From a virus: a stretch of DNA of 64,000 nucleotides. The DNA lies in IMG/VR virus record IMGVR_UViG_3300020122_000155, positions 32,001-96,000 of that record; one strand, written 5' to 3'. The notes under the pieces were generated by a model. That model made no database searches and was not told the origin of the DNA. It was given only the letters and a program-made list of their open reading frames with translations. This document shows positions 53,597 to 63,796 of the stretch, piece after piece; position 1 is the first letter of the stretch; each line of letters starts with the position of its first letter. The position numbers were made by a program, and so were the translations under genes.

Positions 53597-54745
53597 TCAT
53601 ACTTCTGTGTTCTGTGGAGAAGAAAATCCGAGACTTTTCAAATGCGTCGCTAATTCTGGTGGTAAATTGTCATGATTCCCGAAATTCCGAGCGATAAGAG
53701 GAGCGTAATTAGCCCGTTTTGCTGGACTTGCCGCCGATGCCACCGCGAGAAGCTGGTCATTCGGCAGATCCTCAGCATCCTCCGGCTCTGGTAAAGATTT
53801 GTCTATGGCAGAACTTACCTCGTCGTGCGTTAAATGTCCGGCGTCCACTGCTTTTTGCGCAACAGCCTTAATTCTCCCGAAATTTCCGGGGTGGATCGTC
53901 TGAGCGTACTGGGCAATCTTGCCGAGCGCGTCTTGTGCCTGAGATCCTTTATCTGGGATATTGAACGGCGTCGAGCCATGGCGGATTAGATAAACACCGG
54001 GAGCGAGTGGAGCTTTGTCGTCCAAATCGACATCAGAAATTTCCCATTCCCCTTGCTCATCGGGGAAAAGACGAGACACTGTTCCGGGAGCCTCGGATTT
54101 CTTGTCCATTTCTCCCGGCTTGATCGAAAAATCGTCCGGTGCCCCGTTAGCGAGCCACCCTTTCGTCAACTTAATTACTGAGGAGTGAATCGGAACACCA
54201 ATTTTCGCGGTTGGATTTTCCGCTAGGCTCTGCATGACCCCGCGAATCGCCGGGAGCGCGCGCATCCTATACTGATCGAATGATTCTCCTGGCCGCGTCG
54301 TGATTGCGCCCTGCCCTGGAATCACAGCACGGGGATTCTTTCGGATGAGGTCACGGATTTGCGCCTTTACCGCCTTCTCGGGTTGCCCCTCCAGGTTCCC
54401 CTGCGCCCAGGACTCTAGGCCCTGATCCGTGCTCACTGGCGGCGTTTTGGGATCGGCAGCAGCCACTTCCTGCGCGGTTTGTGCAGTTCGAACGGACGGA
54501 CTCGCTACGATCTTGTCTAAGCCGCCCTTCGCGGCGAGCTTTTGCCCGGTTTCCTGGACTTGCTCAACGCCTTCGGGAGAAAGGGCGTCTTCCGTGCTTG
54601 ACCCCCGGTTTATGTCAATCCCCGATGCCGCCATCGCCGCCGTTTCTTGCGGTGTCGGCGGCGGAGCGTTGGGATCTACCTTGGGCGCAGTTTTCCTTGC
54701 GGCGCGCGCATTCTTGCGTTCAAATTTCGACCGTTTGATTGCCAT
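53597..54745 (-). CDS. Histidine phosphatase superfamily protein, apparently circularly permuted
   Basis: LSPEG..Q, SPSVRT.QT, LE.W..G.LEG, GES and IHS precede the YLIRHGST motif. Confidence 0.75.
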   Translation of the reverse strand: MAIKRSKFERKNARAARKTAPKVDPNAPPPTPQETAAMAASGIDINRGSSTEDALSPEGVEQVQETGQKLAAKGGLDKIVASPSVRTAQTAQEVAAADPKTPPVSTDQGLESWAQGNLEGQPEKAVKAQIRDLIRKNPRAVIPGQGAITTRPGESFDQYRMRALPAIRGVMQSLAENPTAKIGVPIHSSVIKLTKGWLANGAPDDFSIKPGEMDKKSEAPGTVSRLFPDEQGEWEISDVDLDDKAPLAPGVYLIRHGSTPFNIPDKGSQAQDALGKIAQYAQTIHPGNFGRIKAVAQKAVDAGHLTHDEVSSAIDKSLPEPEDAEDLPNDQLLAVASAASPAKRANYAPLIARNFGNHDNLPPELATHLKSLGFSSPQNTEV

Positions 54746-57700
54746 TATGGAGGCGGCATCCTTCCGCTGATTGGTTGTCCGAACACCGGCCTAGCTGGGG
54801 CAGGTGGTGCTGATTCTGCCGCCAACTTCGCAGCGTCACGCGCAGCCTTTTGCGTTTTTGCGTACTCAAAAGCCTGCTCTAACGCCTCAGCGGGCGTCGG
54901 CGGTTCCGTTGGCCGAGCGAAAAGAGATGGTGGAGCGCTGTATTCGCGCGCGTCCTCAGCATATCGGGCTAGCGCCTCTGTCAATTCGCGTGTCGGGATC
55001 TGCTGGAAGCGCTTGGCCATCGTCACAACGTCGGGCGGGAACTCTTGCCCGAGCAATCCACCCTGCTTGAGATAGTTATCAATGCCCTTGTAGCCCTGTG
55101 CGCGCGTTTCCTCGATCAAATCCATTGCTTGATGGATTTTGGGCGTGATATTCCACTCTCCCGTTTCTGGATTGTCGATGCTGGCGAGATTTGCCGCTGA
55201 TCGCTCGATTTTGTTCGTAATCTTGGGCGAAATCGTGTCGAGTTGCGCTGGATCGCGGAAGAACCGGCCCAATAGAAGCTTCGAAATGCGAGTCTGCCCA
55301 TCTTTCGTGAGCACGTCATCCTTGGCATACGCCGCACGCTGCTGTGGCGTGATAACGCCGTCATCGATCAGCTTGTCCAGTACCTCTGTGCCGTTCTTCC
55401 CTTGGAGAAGTTGCGCCAGAGTCGTTCCCTCGCCAGCTTCATCGAGTCGCGCAGAGAGATCGTTGAGCGTACCGAGCGAAACCCGGCGCGAATCGGAGAT
55501 TGCTTGCTCCGATGGCTTCAGCGCCGCCGTTCCGGTCTTGTTGAAATCCGTAATCGCGTGCCCCTTATTGACGATATCCTGATCGGAAATCTCGCGCACG
55601 AGCACCGGTTGCTTCATTTGCGCGATGGCTTGGGGGTCCTGTCCGTACTGCGCCGCCTTTTTCATCAAAAGCGAGCGATATCCGAACGCATCCTTTGGGT
55701 CAGCGGCGTACACGCGATGGAGTTGCATCGTGCGCCCGTTTCCGCCGAGAGCGTTCCCTTGGCTGTCGATCAGGATTGGGCCATTGGCGGCATCCGGGTT
55801 GTCCGTGATGTGCAGGGACGGCTTGAAAAGCCCCTTGGTCGATTGAGAAGCGACTTTATTGCGGTCGCTGGAACTCGTATATGTGCGGTCGTTCTTGAGC
55901 GAGTACTTCGGATTCGGCTGGAACGTGTTCCCGTTGTGCGAAGCCTGGATGTCAACTAGTTCACGGACTTTGTACTGCGCTGGGAAGCTACGGCCTTCGC
56001 CGGGGATGAGGACTTCCGTAGTCGCTGGAGAGCTTGCGTCGAAGCTTGCTGGATTCGCGCCATTATTCGCTTGCCCTTGTCCTCCGCCTTCAACTCCGGC
56101 AGCGGGTTGAGCGGCTTGGGCTCCGGCGCTTTCACCGGGGACTTGACCGATGGCGCTAGGGGTGCTCCCGGTGGCGGCATGTTCTGGCGAAACATTTGAC
56201 GGATTCAGTATATCACCAGCGGCGGCTGGCGCAACCGGCTCCGCGTAAGCCAACGGCGCGTTGTCTTCTTGACGGACAATCGGACGAGCTTCTGGCTGTC
56301 GCACTTGCTGACCAGGAGCCTCGTCTAGATACATCGCCGGATTACCGTCTTCTTGTAGGGCAACGCGGCGACCGTTTAAAACCCCTTCGCGCATCGCTGG
56401 CGCTTCGGCTGGACGATTCGCCTTTGCGATTACCTGCCCAAAGTTTCTCGCCGCGCTTGGCGCATCGGTCGTCCTGAAACGAGTTTGCGGCGTCTGCGAC
56501 TCGCTCGAATAACTTACAATCTCGCCGGTCTCCGGGTCCACAATCGGCATCGCGTTCGTGACGCGCATTTGAGGCGCAGCGAGCGGATCGCCACCGACCG
56601 GCTGCATTTGTTGCGGGGGTGGAGGGAGGCTGCGGGCAGGCGGGAGTGTCCCAGGGCTTTGGCCCGGAGGGGCCGACTCGGTAGTGTAATATCCACCGCT
56701 GGGGGCAGTTGGATCAGTTACCCAGCGCGCCGTCGAAACATTGATCCCGCTGGGTTCTTCCATCGGCGAGACGGGCGGCGGCGGGGCTTCACCCGGCATC
56801 TTGATTGTGGGCGCTGGCAGTTGGCGCTCAGGCGGGATTCCCTCATTGCGAACACGCAGTCCTTGCGGAACAGTTGGCGGAATTGGACCGCTCGAATCGG
56901 GCGCGGCAGGCATTCTGACCGATCCTGGACCGAGCAAGCCAGCGGGAGGCGCGGCGGTCGGCATTGAAACCGGAGCGGGAGTAGGACCGCTGTAGTTATC
57001 AAACCCTTTCTTGATGAGCGCGTTGGTGGTTTGCTGTTCTTTGACGTATTTCGCCGCCGCGCGCGCGGCGAGGGCTCCGCCAATATCAACAGCAGCGCCA
57101 ACTGGATTATGGGTTAAGCCTTTTATTAACCCTCTGCCCATTTGCAGACCAGCGCCGACCTTTCCGGCCTGTTCCATCAGGTTGTCGGGCTGCTGCCGTG
57201 CCGCGACGTTGCTTCTGCGTTGAAGCTGATCTTCGATGTTCATTAAAGCGCCGTAGCGACGCTTCAGTTCTGCCGGAGCCGCACCTTCCCCTTCGGGATC
57301 AATGGATTTGTAGATTGCATCGCGATATGCGCGAGCTTCTCCCTCTAATCCCGCGACGTATGGGTCTGAGGCGAGTGCAGCGCGTTGCGCAAGCGGGAAC
57401 TTCGCATAGTAGGCGCGGAGTTCGGCATTTGTGGTCGCCAAGTAACTCTCAGCGGTTTCGAGCGGAACCTGCGTTCGGTACTTCGCCGCCGAATCGCGAA
57501 TCGCCTGTGCCCCTTCGGGATTCTCAAACTCAAACTTGGGAGAAATCCCGGCAATGCGCGCTTCGGCAATCGGGCTTAGATCGACCTGAGTATTCCGCGC
57601 CTTCGCCGGACCCGCCGCCTGCTCGTACTGCTGCCAAATGTTGCGCTTTGCCTGTTGCGCCGCCGCAAGCGCGCTATCGACATCCTCGATTGGCCCCGTC

Positions 57701-58536
57701 TGCATCTCCGCAGCGACCTTCATCTCGGGGACTGCTAGGTGTAGATCGTCGGCGAAACGAAGGTTTGAGTTCCCCGGCTTAATGCCGCGCATCAGACTGT
57801 CGTGCCAATCAACCGGAAAGACCTTCTTGCTCGCCGCTGTTGCCATATCTCCGACAGCACTCTTGGCTTTGCCGACAACCTTCCCGACCGCCGTACCTTC
57901 CCCGGCACCAAGCGCAGCCCCAGCAGCGCCTACGACTGCTTTCCCGAGCGCACCAGCAACGTTCGGTGCGCGAGTTGGTCCGACTTGCCGAGGAGAAGCC
58001 GGTTCACCAACGGCAGTCTCAGCAATGTCCGCCGCCATTGGCCCAACTCCAGGAGTGAGTGCCGCAAGCCCATGCCCAGCAGCTTCGGAATAACGCCCCT
58101 GCTTCGCATAATCGACGGCCTGATTGAACTCATTGACATGTGATCCGATAACAGCATCGGCGACGCGCCCCTGCGGTCCCTTAACGGCATAGTTGGCCGC
58201 TCCGAGCGCAGCTTTCCCAAGGTTCCCCTGCATAACATCCGTTCCGATGTTCCCAAGTTCTTCCGTTCCAAGAGCACGCTTTGCTACCCCCGAGGCGGCA
58301 TCCCAAACGCCGCCAAGAAAGCGACCGGCTGCGCTCCCCTGATCTTGCATGTATTGCGGATATTTTTGCTCAAGGGTAGACTTTGTGTCGGAAGCGGTCC
58401 CTGAAGGTGGCTGAAAGTGAGTAGATCGAACCTGATCCGCGAGAGCGGCATAGTCCACTGGAGAAGACGCAGAAGTAGCGGACTTCTGGCGAACTTGGTC
58501 CGCGATGGCGCTGTAATCAATAGCAGGGCTACTCAT
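54745..58536 (-). CDS. Large internal virion protein with a DdrB-like ParB domain
   Basis: Y.VREL..I.ASH..F.PNP.Y...DR.Y; A.NGPILI...GNGRTM.L; PVLVR. Confidence 0.7.
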   Translation of the reverse strand: MSSPAIDYSAIADQVRQKSATSASSPVDYAALADQVRSTHFQPPSGTASDTKSTLEQKYPQYMQDQGSAAGRFLGGVWDAASGVAKRALGTEELGNIGTDVMQGNLGKAALGAANYAVKGPQGRVADAVIGSHVNEFNQAVDYAKQGRYSEAAGHGLAALTPGVGPMAADIAETAVGEPASPRQVGPTRAPNVAGALGKAVVGAAGAALGAGEGTAVGKVVGKAKSAVGDMATAASKKVFPVDWHDSLMRGIKPGNSNLRFADDLHLAVPEMKVAAEMQTGPIEDVDSALAAAQQAKRNIWQQYEQAAGPAKARNTQVDLSPIAEARIAGISPKFEFENPEGAQAIRDSAAKYRTQVPLETAESYLATTNAELRAYYAKFPLAQRAALASDPYVAGLEGEARAYRDAIYKSIDPEGEGAAPAELKRRYGALMNIEDQLQRRSNVAARQQPDNLMEQAGKVGAGLQMGRGLIKGLTHNPVGAAVDIGGALAARAAAKYVKEQQTTNALIKKGFDNYSGPTPAPVSMPTAAPPAGLLGPGSVRMPAAPDSSGPIPPTVPQGLRVRNEGIPPERQLPAPTIKMPGEAPPPPVSPMEEPSGINVSTARWVTDPTAPSGGYYTTESAPPGQSPGTLPPARSLPPPPQQMQPVGGDPLAAPQMRVTNAMPIVDPETGEIVSYSSESQTPQTRFRTTDAPSAARNFGQVIAKANRPAEAPAMREGVLNGRRVALQEDGNPAMYLDEAPGQQVRQPEARPIVRQEDNAPLAYAEPVAPAAAGDILNPSNVSPEHAATGSTPSAIGQVPGESAGAQAAQPAAGVEGGGQGQANNGANPASFDASSPATTEVLIPGEGRSFPAQYKVRELVDIQASHNGNTFQPNPKYSLKNDRTYTSSSDRNKVASQSTKGLFKPSLHITDNPDAANGPILIDSQGNALGGNGRTMQLHRVYAADPKDAFGYRSLLMKKAAQYGQDPQAIAQMKQPVLVREISDQDIVNKGHAITDFNKTGTAALKPSEQAISDSRRVSLGTLNDLSARLDEAGEGTTLAQLLQGKNGTEVLDKLIDDGVITPQQRAAYAKDDVLTKDGQTRISKLLLGRFFRDPAQLDTISPKITNKIERSAANLASIDNPETGEWNITPKIHQAMDLIEETRAQGYKGIDNYLKQGGLLGQEFPPDVVTMAKRFQQIPTRELTEALARYAEDAREYSAPPSLFARPTEPPTPAEALEQAFEYAKTQKAARDAAKLAAESAPPAPARPVFGQPISGRMPPP

Positions 58537-60608
58537 TTATGTTGTAGGGCGTTAATCTGGCGCTGAAATTCGTCGGCTTGAGCCTTAGTATCGAACGGAT
58601 GTGTCGATCCATCGGGCGCTACTACCGTAAATTTTGATTTTGAAAGATCCGTCTTCCCCTGTGGAGCGTTCATCCCAGGAACGCCCTTCTCTAATCGACT
58701 GACCACCTGCTCGAATTTATTAAGCTGTTCCTGCATGTACTGCGTTGACGGACTCTTGCCGCTCGGGATCGTGTGGCGAATCGCATCGCGCATATCCATC
58801 GCGCCTTGGCCCATCCCGGCGAGACTTCTGATCGCCATCGCATTTTCGGACAATTGCGCAATCGCCTGGACCGCCTCTTGCTGTTGCGGCGTCATCGCTT
58901 GCGCTACTTCGCCCCTTAACCAAGTTTGAAGCGCGCTGTGGGGATCTGTGTCGCCCAGCGCGAGCGCCAACTGCGCGCGGGTGGTAGCATCCATTGTTCC
59001 GAGCCCCTGAATGGCCTTGCGCGCCGTCCCGATGTTGTAGTGCAAGTCTTGGAAGATCGCATTTTTGCTCATCGCGCGACTGCCAGCCCCAGCCGGAGCA
59101 TAAAGGCCAGGATTGCGATTGATTTCCTCTGGATTCCTAAATTCTAATTCGCCAGTCTCTTTGTTAATGACCTGCTGTTCGCGACCACCGACAGAAACCT
59201 GCATCCGCTGAACTCCAGCCGTAGTTGTCGATGCCGGAGTCGGATTTGTAGCGAGATACCCGAGTGCCGCAGACTTTTCATCTGGGTCGAGATGTGTTGA
59301 TCCTTGGATTGCGTGGTGCAGCGCGGTAATGTCGGTGTTCGCCTGTGCTGGGAGTTCTCCCGCCGCCGCTAGTTTGGATAGCGTCGATTGGAACGCCAAT
59401 TTGGGACCTTCTGCTTTATTCTGTCCCTTTGCCCCTTCCTTTTGAATCTCTGTCAACGCCTTCGTCGCATTCTGGAACTCGCTGTGAGAGATCGGATCGC
59501 CCTCTTTCGCTCCGGGCAGGAACGGCAGAAGCGCAGCCGGTGCCGGACGCCATGCCGGAGGAACAACAAAAACAAATCCTGGACGCTCAGGGTCGGGGAT
59601 CGCTTCATATCCTGGTGGCCTTGGCTCGAAGGACTGCTGGTATGTGGCGTCAGCCTCACGACCCTTTAACCGGTCGGCAATAAACTTACGATTACGCTCG
59701 GACGTTTGAGCCTTGAGCCGATCCTCGATGGTAAGGCGCTGATTCTCACGCTTGTCCGCGTAGTCGGCAGCGAGCCCGCGTTTCTGCTCCGCCGTAGCCT
59801 CTTTTGCTTCGATGTTAGCAGCGGTGCTCGCAGCGGTATCCTCTTCCTTCTGCCGTTTCTCAAGATCGGCTTGCTCCGCCAGATATGCAGCGTTCTGTGA
59901 TGCCCACTTCGGATGAATAAGCTGATTCGCAATAGGACCAAACTTCGTCATCGACAATACGGCCAATCCAAGACGCTGTGCCCAGTTGTTCGGTGCAGCG
60001 TCGGGACGTTTTAGCGCGGCCAATTTGTCGGCGGCGGACTGAGCTTCTGGCTTTGCAGCGGCGGGCGAGGTTGCTCCAGGAACTAGCGCCCCGGCTGGGA
60101 GAGTCTGCGTATTCGCTGAGGTCGCGGGACTCGCGGCAAACGCGCCCTGCGGAATTGCCTGACTTTCTGGCTGCACCGCTTCGGGATGATCGCGGAATGC
60201 TTCAGCCGCTCCAAGCGCGCCTGGGATTACGGTTGGGCTTCCATTCAGCGGCGGCAGCGCTACATTGCTTGCGCCAACTTCGGCGTTCGTTGATCCACCG
60301 GGCGGCGGCATTCGGGCAGACTTGTCCTCTTTTGCGAGCGCACGCAGTCCGCGATAGCCTGTCTTCTCGGTGGGTAGGTCTACTCTTTGATTGTCGATTT
60401 GTCGTTGCTGCGAAGTGTCGTCAAGCGATAGCGGACGAATGTCATCGGGCTCCGGGGAAACTGGGTTTGGAGACTGTGCGGATGACTCCAAGGCATTAGG
60501 ATTAAAAGCGTCGTCCTCGTTTAATTCTGGACTCAGTACGCCAGGAGACACGACCGGTTGCCGACCGAATTGACTTCGATATCTTGACGGAAACGCCAAT
60601 AATGCCAT
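58533..60608 (-). CDS. Putative internal virion (DNA ejection) protein
   Basis: A/Q/P-rich with a coiled coil; lies among similar proteins. Confidence 0.6.
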   Translation of the reverse strand: MALLAFPSRYRSQFGRQPVVSPGVLSPELNEDDAFNPNALESSAQSPNPVSPEPDDIRPLSLDDTSQQRQIDNQRVDLPTEKTGYRGLRALAKEDKSARMPPPGGSTNAEVGASNVALPPLNGSPTVIPGALGAAEAFRDHPEAVQPESQAIPQGAFAASPATSANTQTLPAGALVPGATSPAAAKPEAQSAADKLAALKRPDAAPNNWAQRLGLAVLSMTKFGPIANQLIHPKWASQNAAYLAEQADLEKRQKEEDTAASTAANIEAKEATAEQKRGLAADYADKRENQRLTIEDRLKAQTSERNRKFIADRLKGREADATYQQSFEPRPPGYEAIPDPERPGFVFVVPPAWRPAPAALLPFLPGAKEGDPISHSEFQNATKALTEIQKEGAKGQNKAEGPKLAFQSTLSKLAAAGELPAQANTDITALHHAIQGSTHLDPDEKSAALGYLATNPTPASTTTAGVQRMQVSVGGREQQVINKETGELEFRNPEEINRNPGLYAPAGAGSRAMSKNAIFQDLHYNIGTARKAIQGLGTMDATTRAQLALALGDTDPHSALQTWLRGEVAQAMTPQQQEAVQAIAQLSENAMAIRSLAGMGQGAMDMRDAIRHTIPSGKSPSTQYMQEQLNKFEQVVSRLEKGVPGMNAPQGKTDLSKSKFTVVAPDGSTHPFDTKAQADEFQRQINALQHK

Positions 60609-60627
60609 TTATTTTGTTTTCCCCAAT

Positions 60628-60658
60628 AAAAATGGCCGCGATATTACTCGCGACCATT
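60628..60658 (-). terminator. Intrinsic terminator-like hairpin
   Basis: Minus strand TGGTCGCGA-GTAATA-TCGCGGCCA-TTTTT. Confidence 0.6.
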
Positions 60659-60762
60659 ACCATGCCTATGGCTAACCACGGCTAACCCAAACTCACCAAG
60701 GCATCAACTCGCCTCAGCTTGGCTTGCCGCCAACGTTAGCATGCCACACTTTGATCCAAAAG

Positions 60763-61347
60763 TTACCGATTTACGCCGCTCGGTCTTAAAGGCACGTCGG
60801 CTCTTTCCGGCTTATATCTCGCTGAGGCATTCGGGCCGCTTGGCCTTCTCCATCTAGTTTTCATGCCGAGTCCTTGACCAAGCATCTCGCTACTAACTTT
60901 TTGTCCCGGCTGTGACAACAAAGGAAGCACCATCTCGGGCTGATGTTCTCCTACTAATGCGATTGTTGGCCGCGTCACGACGGCTCCGCTGCCCATCGCC
61001 TGAATTCCGTCCATGGACCCGCTGAATTGATCGCCCGCATCGAACGCAGCAGCACCCTGACCGCCGTAAGTATTGCTCTGCTGTTGCGGATCGCCGCCGA
61101 CCTCATCCGCATAGCCGATTGGCTGTTGCATTCCTTCATCTTGTCCGGGCGGAGTTAGGGCCGGGTTCGCTTCCGCGACGGGGCTTCGGTCCATGTGAGT
61201 CGCAGGACTTGGATTCGCTGCTTGCTGTTGGGCCTGTCTGTAGCGATTTACGCCGCCTTGAATCGCCCTGCCGATTCCGCTGCGTTCGAGGCGATGCTGC
61301 GCGTAATTCTGCGCCGCCGCTCCGAGCCCTGAAAAGAATGCTCCCAT
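60763..61347 (-). CDS. Putative ejection/pilot protein
   Basis: G/Q-rich; GAVVTRPTIALVGE..PE.VLPL motif. Confidence 0.65.
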   Translation of the reverse strand: MGAFFSGLGAAAQNYAQHRLERSGIGRAIQGGVNRYRQAQQQAANPSPATHMDRSPVAEANPALTPPGQDEGMQQPIGYADEVGGDPQQQSNTYGGQGAAAFDAGDQFSGSMDGIQAMGSGAVVTRPTIALVGEHQPEMVLPLLSQPGQKVSSEMLGQGLGMKTRWRRPSGPNASARYKPERADVPLRPSGVNR

Positions 61348-63183
61348 TTATGCGGCCTCCGAGTATTGGAATGCTGGATCACCATCTTGCGGCTGCTGTT
61401 TTCTCTTATTGTAAGGAGTCCCAACAGGGCCGACCCACTCCGGTCCCTTTTCCGCAATTAAATGGACTTCCGGTTCCGTCACCACGTCGCCTTTGGCTGA
61501 CAAGAACGCGCCAGCCATGCTCGTGATGTCCTTGATCACGCTAGGCTGATTGGTCTTCATATTACCGGCTGCGGCAGTCGAGGCATTCAGCCCACCCGTC
61601 TGCGTTCCGTAAGCAGATTGCTGTGCGCCCATCGCCTGTTGTCCGCCTTGCTGATTGTACTGCTGCTGACCGGCGACGCCTGCACGATAAGCATTCTGCC
61701 CAGCGATCTGCTGATTGCCAACCGCCTGCGCGCCGCCTGAAGTGAGTTGAGCGCTTCCGGTTCCCTGATTGTACTGAGTCTGGTTGACATTCGCCTGCGT
61801 CGCCTGACGATTTCCAGCGAGTTGCGCCGCGCGCGCCGCCGCCAACTGTTCGGCGGTTGCCTGCGCTCCGTACTGCTGATTCGTCATCGTGTCTTGCTGA
61901 TTGATCGCGGTCTGTCCATACTGATTCGCGGCGTTGATTCCCGCTTGCCCGTAGGTGTTCGCCGCATTGATCCCAGCCTGCCCTACGTTCTCCGCAGCAC
62001 CAATGCCCTGAACGCCTGCGAGTTCGGCGGCACTCAAACCCTGCGTACCGGCCAAAGCCGCCGCCGCCTGCGCCTGCGATTGTTCGGTCGTCGCCGCGCC
62101 AGCCCGAAGTCCGGTTGCCGTCTGAACTGCGCCCTCGCGCTGAGCCTCGATCTGCGCTGCGCGGGTCTGCTGCGCCTGTTTCGCGGCGATCTCCGCGTTC
62201 GTTTCCGCTTCCCCTTGCTGAGAGGCTTCCTGCGTCTGCAATCGCGCATTGGCCGCTGCAATCGCTAGCGGAGACGTATTCCCAGCAGCAGCCGCATTCC
62301 GCTGAAGCTGATCCTCTGCCGTCCGGTAAGAATTTCCGACAGTCGTCCCGGCTGCGGTCTCCATCTCCTGAACGTCGGCATCGGTCAACTGCCGTTCGGT
62401 GTTGTTCGGATCGAAGGCCAATCCTGGATTGTTGACAGCCGTGTCGAGCTTCGAAAAGCCGGACTGCGCACCCTGCAAACCAGAGGCAAGTTTCCCGACC
62501 GCCGCACCGGTCCCCGTATTCAGAGTGTCGAGCGCTCCCTTGGTGTAGTTGGAATAATTCCCGACTTGCCCAGACAGATTCTCTCCGTAAGCGCCGACTT
62601 GCGCACCGAGATTGGCTCCGTAGGAATTAAGCTGATCACCCTCGTTCTGAGTGCCTGTGTACGCCGCCTGAAGCGGCCTGTTAGGATCTCCCGCGATGCC
62701 TCCCTGCTCGCCTTGCGTCAGGAATTGCGAATTGAGCGCCCCCGGCGTCGTGTTGTACTGACTGTAATCGACGTTGATTTGGCCAGCCTGTCCAGGCGTG
62801 TAACCAGGATTCTGCTGTAGCTGTTTGAGAGCTTGAGCTTGCGCCTGATCGTATGTCGCCTGTTGAGGTCCATAGTAAGCGAGTTCTCCCTGCGCTTCCT
62901 GATTCAGTTGTTGGCCCTGTTGATTGATGTACTGCTGGTTGTTGTATGCCTGTTGAAGAATGTCGTTCTCGTCGTTGCCGGTGCCGCCCTGCCCGACATT
63001 GCTCCAAGTAGGATTCGCAACGGATGTAGGATTTGGCGCATTGCCGTAAACGCCGCCATAGGGCGAATTCGGCGGATTCAGAATCGAGTTCGGCGGAGTC
63101 AGAGCGGAGTCCTGCATCGCCTGCGGATTCTGCGATGCCAAGAATTGAAGATAGCTCGAATACGGGGTTGCGGCTGCGGCCAT
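61348..63183 (-). CDS. Gln/Ala/Gly-rich DNA-transfer (pilot-like) protein
   Basis: Quasi-repeats GQAGINAAN.Y; C-terminal AKG.VV..P...LIAEKGPE.V motif. Confidence 0.7.
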   Translation of the reverse strand: MAAAATPYSSYLQFLASQNPQAMQDSALTPPNSILNPPNSPYGGVYGNAPNPTSVANPTWSNVGQGGTGNDENDILQQAYNNQQYINQQGQQLNQEAQGELAYYGPQQATYDQAQAQALKQLQQNPGYTPGQAGQINVDYSQYNTTPGALNSQFLTQGEQGGIAGDPNRPLQAAYTGTQNEGDQLNSYGANLGAQVGAYGENLSGQVGNYSNYTKGALDTLNTGTGAAVGKLASGLQGAQSGFSKLDTAVNNPGLAFDPNNTERQLTDADVQEMETAAGTTVGNSYRTAEDQLQRNAAAAGNTSPLAIAAANARLQTQEASQQGEAETNAEIAAKQAQQTRAAQIEAQREGAVQTATGLRAGAATTEQSQAQAAAALAGTQGLSAAELAGVQGIGAAENVGQAGINAANTYGQAGINAANQYGQTAINQQDTMTNQQYGAQATAEQLAAARAAQLAGNRQATQANVNQTQYNQGTGSAQLTSGGAQAVGNQQIAGQNAYRAGVAGQQQYNQQGGQQAMGAQQSAYGTQTGGLNASTAAAGNMKTNQPSVIKDITSMAGAFLSAKGDVVTEPEVHLIAEKGPEWVGPVGTPYNKRKQQPQDGDPAFQYSEAA

Positions 63184-63211
63184 TTTTGGAAGACTCCTTT
63201 TTAACGAACGC

Positions 63212-63796
63212 TTACACGAGTGGATTAGATTTCTTAGCGGGGACCTCGGGCCTGCCCGGAGCTTGCTGATCGTTCATCGGCGAACCCGGAGGGGTCATTC
63301 GAGGCCGAGCCTGCTCATTCTGCGGACCTTGAGGGGATTTTGGAGGTTCAGGAGCGCCCCATCGCTGTTCCCCGGATGGCCCACCCGGTTTGTAATTGTT
63401 GAAGCCGAGATTTGCTTGGCCGATTTGTTGATCGCCACCCTGTTGCAGCGGCGGGCGATCTGGCATAACCTGATTCCCGCCCATCGGCGGTCCCATTTGC
63501 GGTCGCGGCGGCGGCATCATGTTCGGCCTGCCCATTGCGGCACCCTGAGCTATCCCTGGAGTTGCCGGAGCGCCCGGTTGACTCATCGCCATAACCGGGC
63601 GCGGCGGCAAGGATGGCATCCCTGTCATCGGCGGAGCGCTCGACGGCATCCCCGGTGTATCCGGCATGGCAGGTTGCGCCGTAGTGATCGGAGGTTGCCC
63701 GACTTGATTCGGCATACCCATTTGCGGCGTCGGCGCGGGCATACGGCTATCGCGGCGCGGCGGGATCTGTCCTTGAGGCGGCATTGCTGGATTCAC
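63212..63796 (-). CDS. Pro/Met/Gln-rich disordered protein
   Basis: GTG at 63796 overlaps the upstream stop; low complexity. Confidence 0.6.
   Translation of the reverse strand: MNPAMPPQGQIPPRRDSRMPAPTPQMGMPNQVGQPPITTAQPAMPDTPGMPSSAPPMTGMPSLPPRPVMAMSQPGAPATPGIAQGAAMGRPNMMPPPRPQMGPPMGGNQVMPDRPPLQQGGDQQIGQANLGFNNYKPGGPSGEQRWGAPEPPKSPQGPQNEQARPRMTPPGSPMNDQQAPGRPEVPAKKSNPLV

Noticed and set aside
60763-63183. Tape-measure protein (GxVxxPT..GExGPE motif)
   Set aside because: The proteins are short, no tail tube or chaperone genes were recognised, and the context fits ejection proteins of a short-tailed virion
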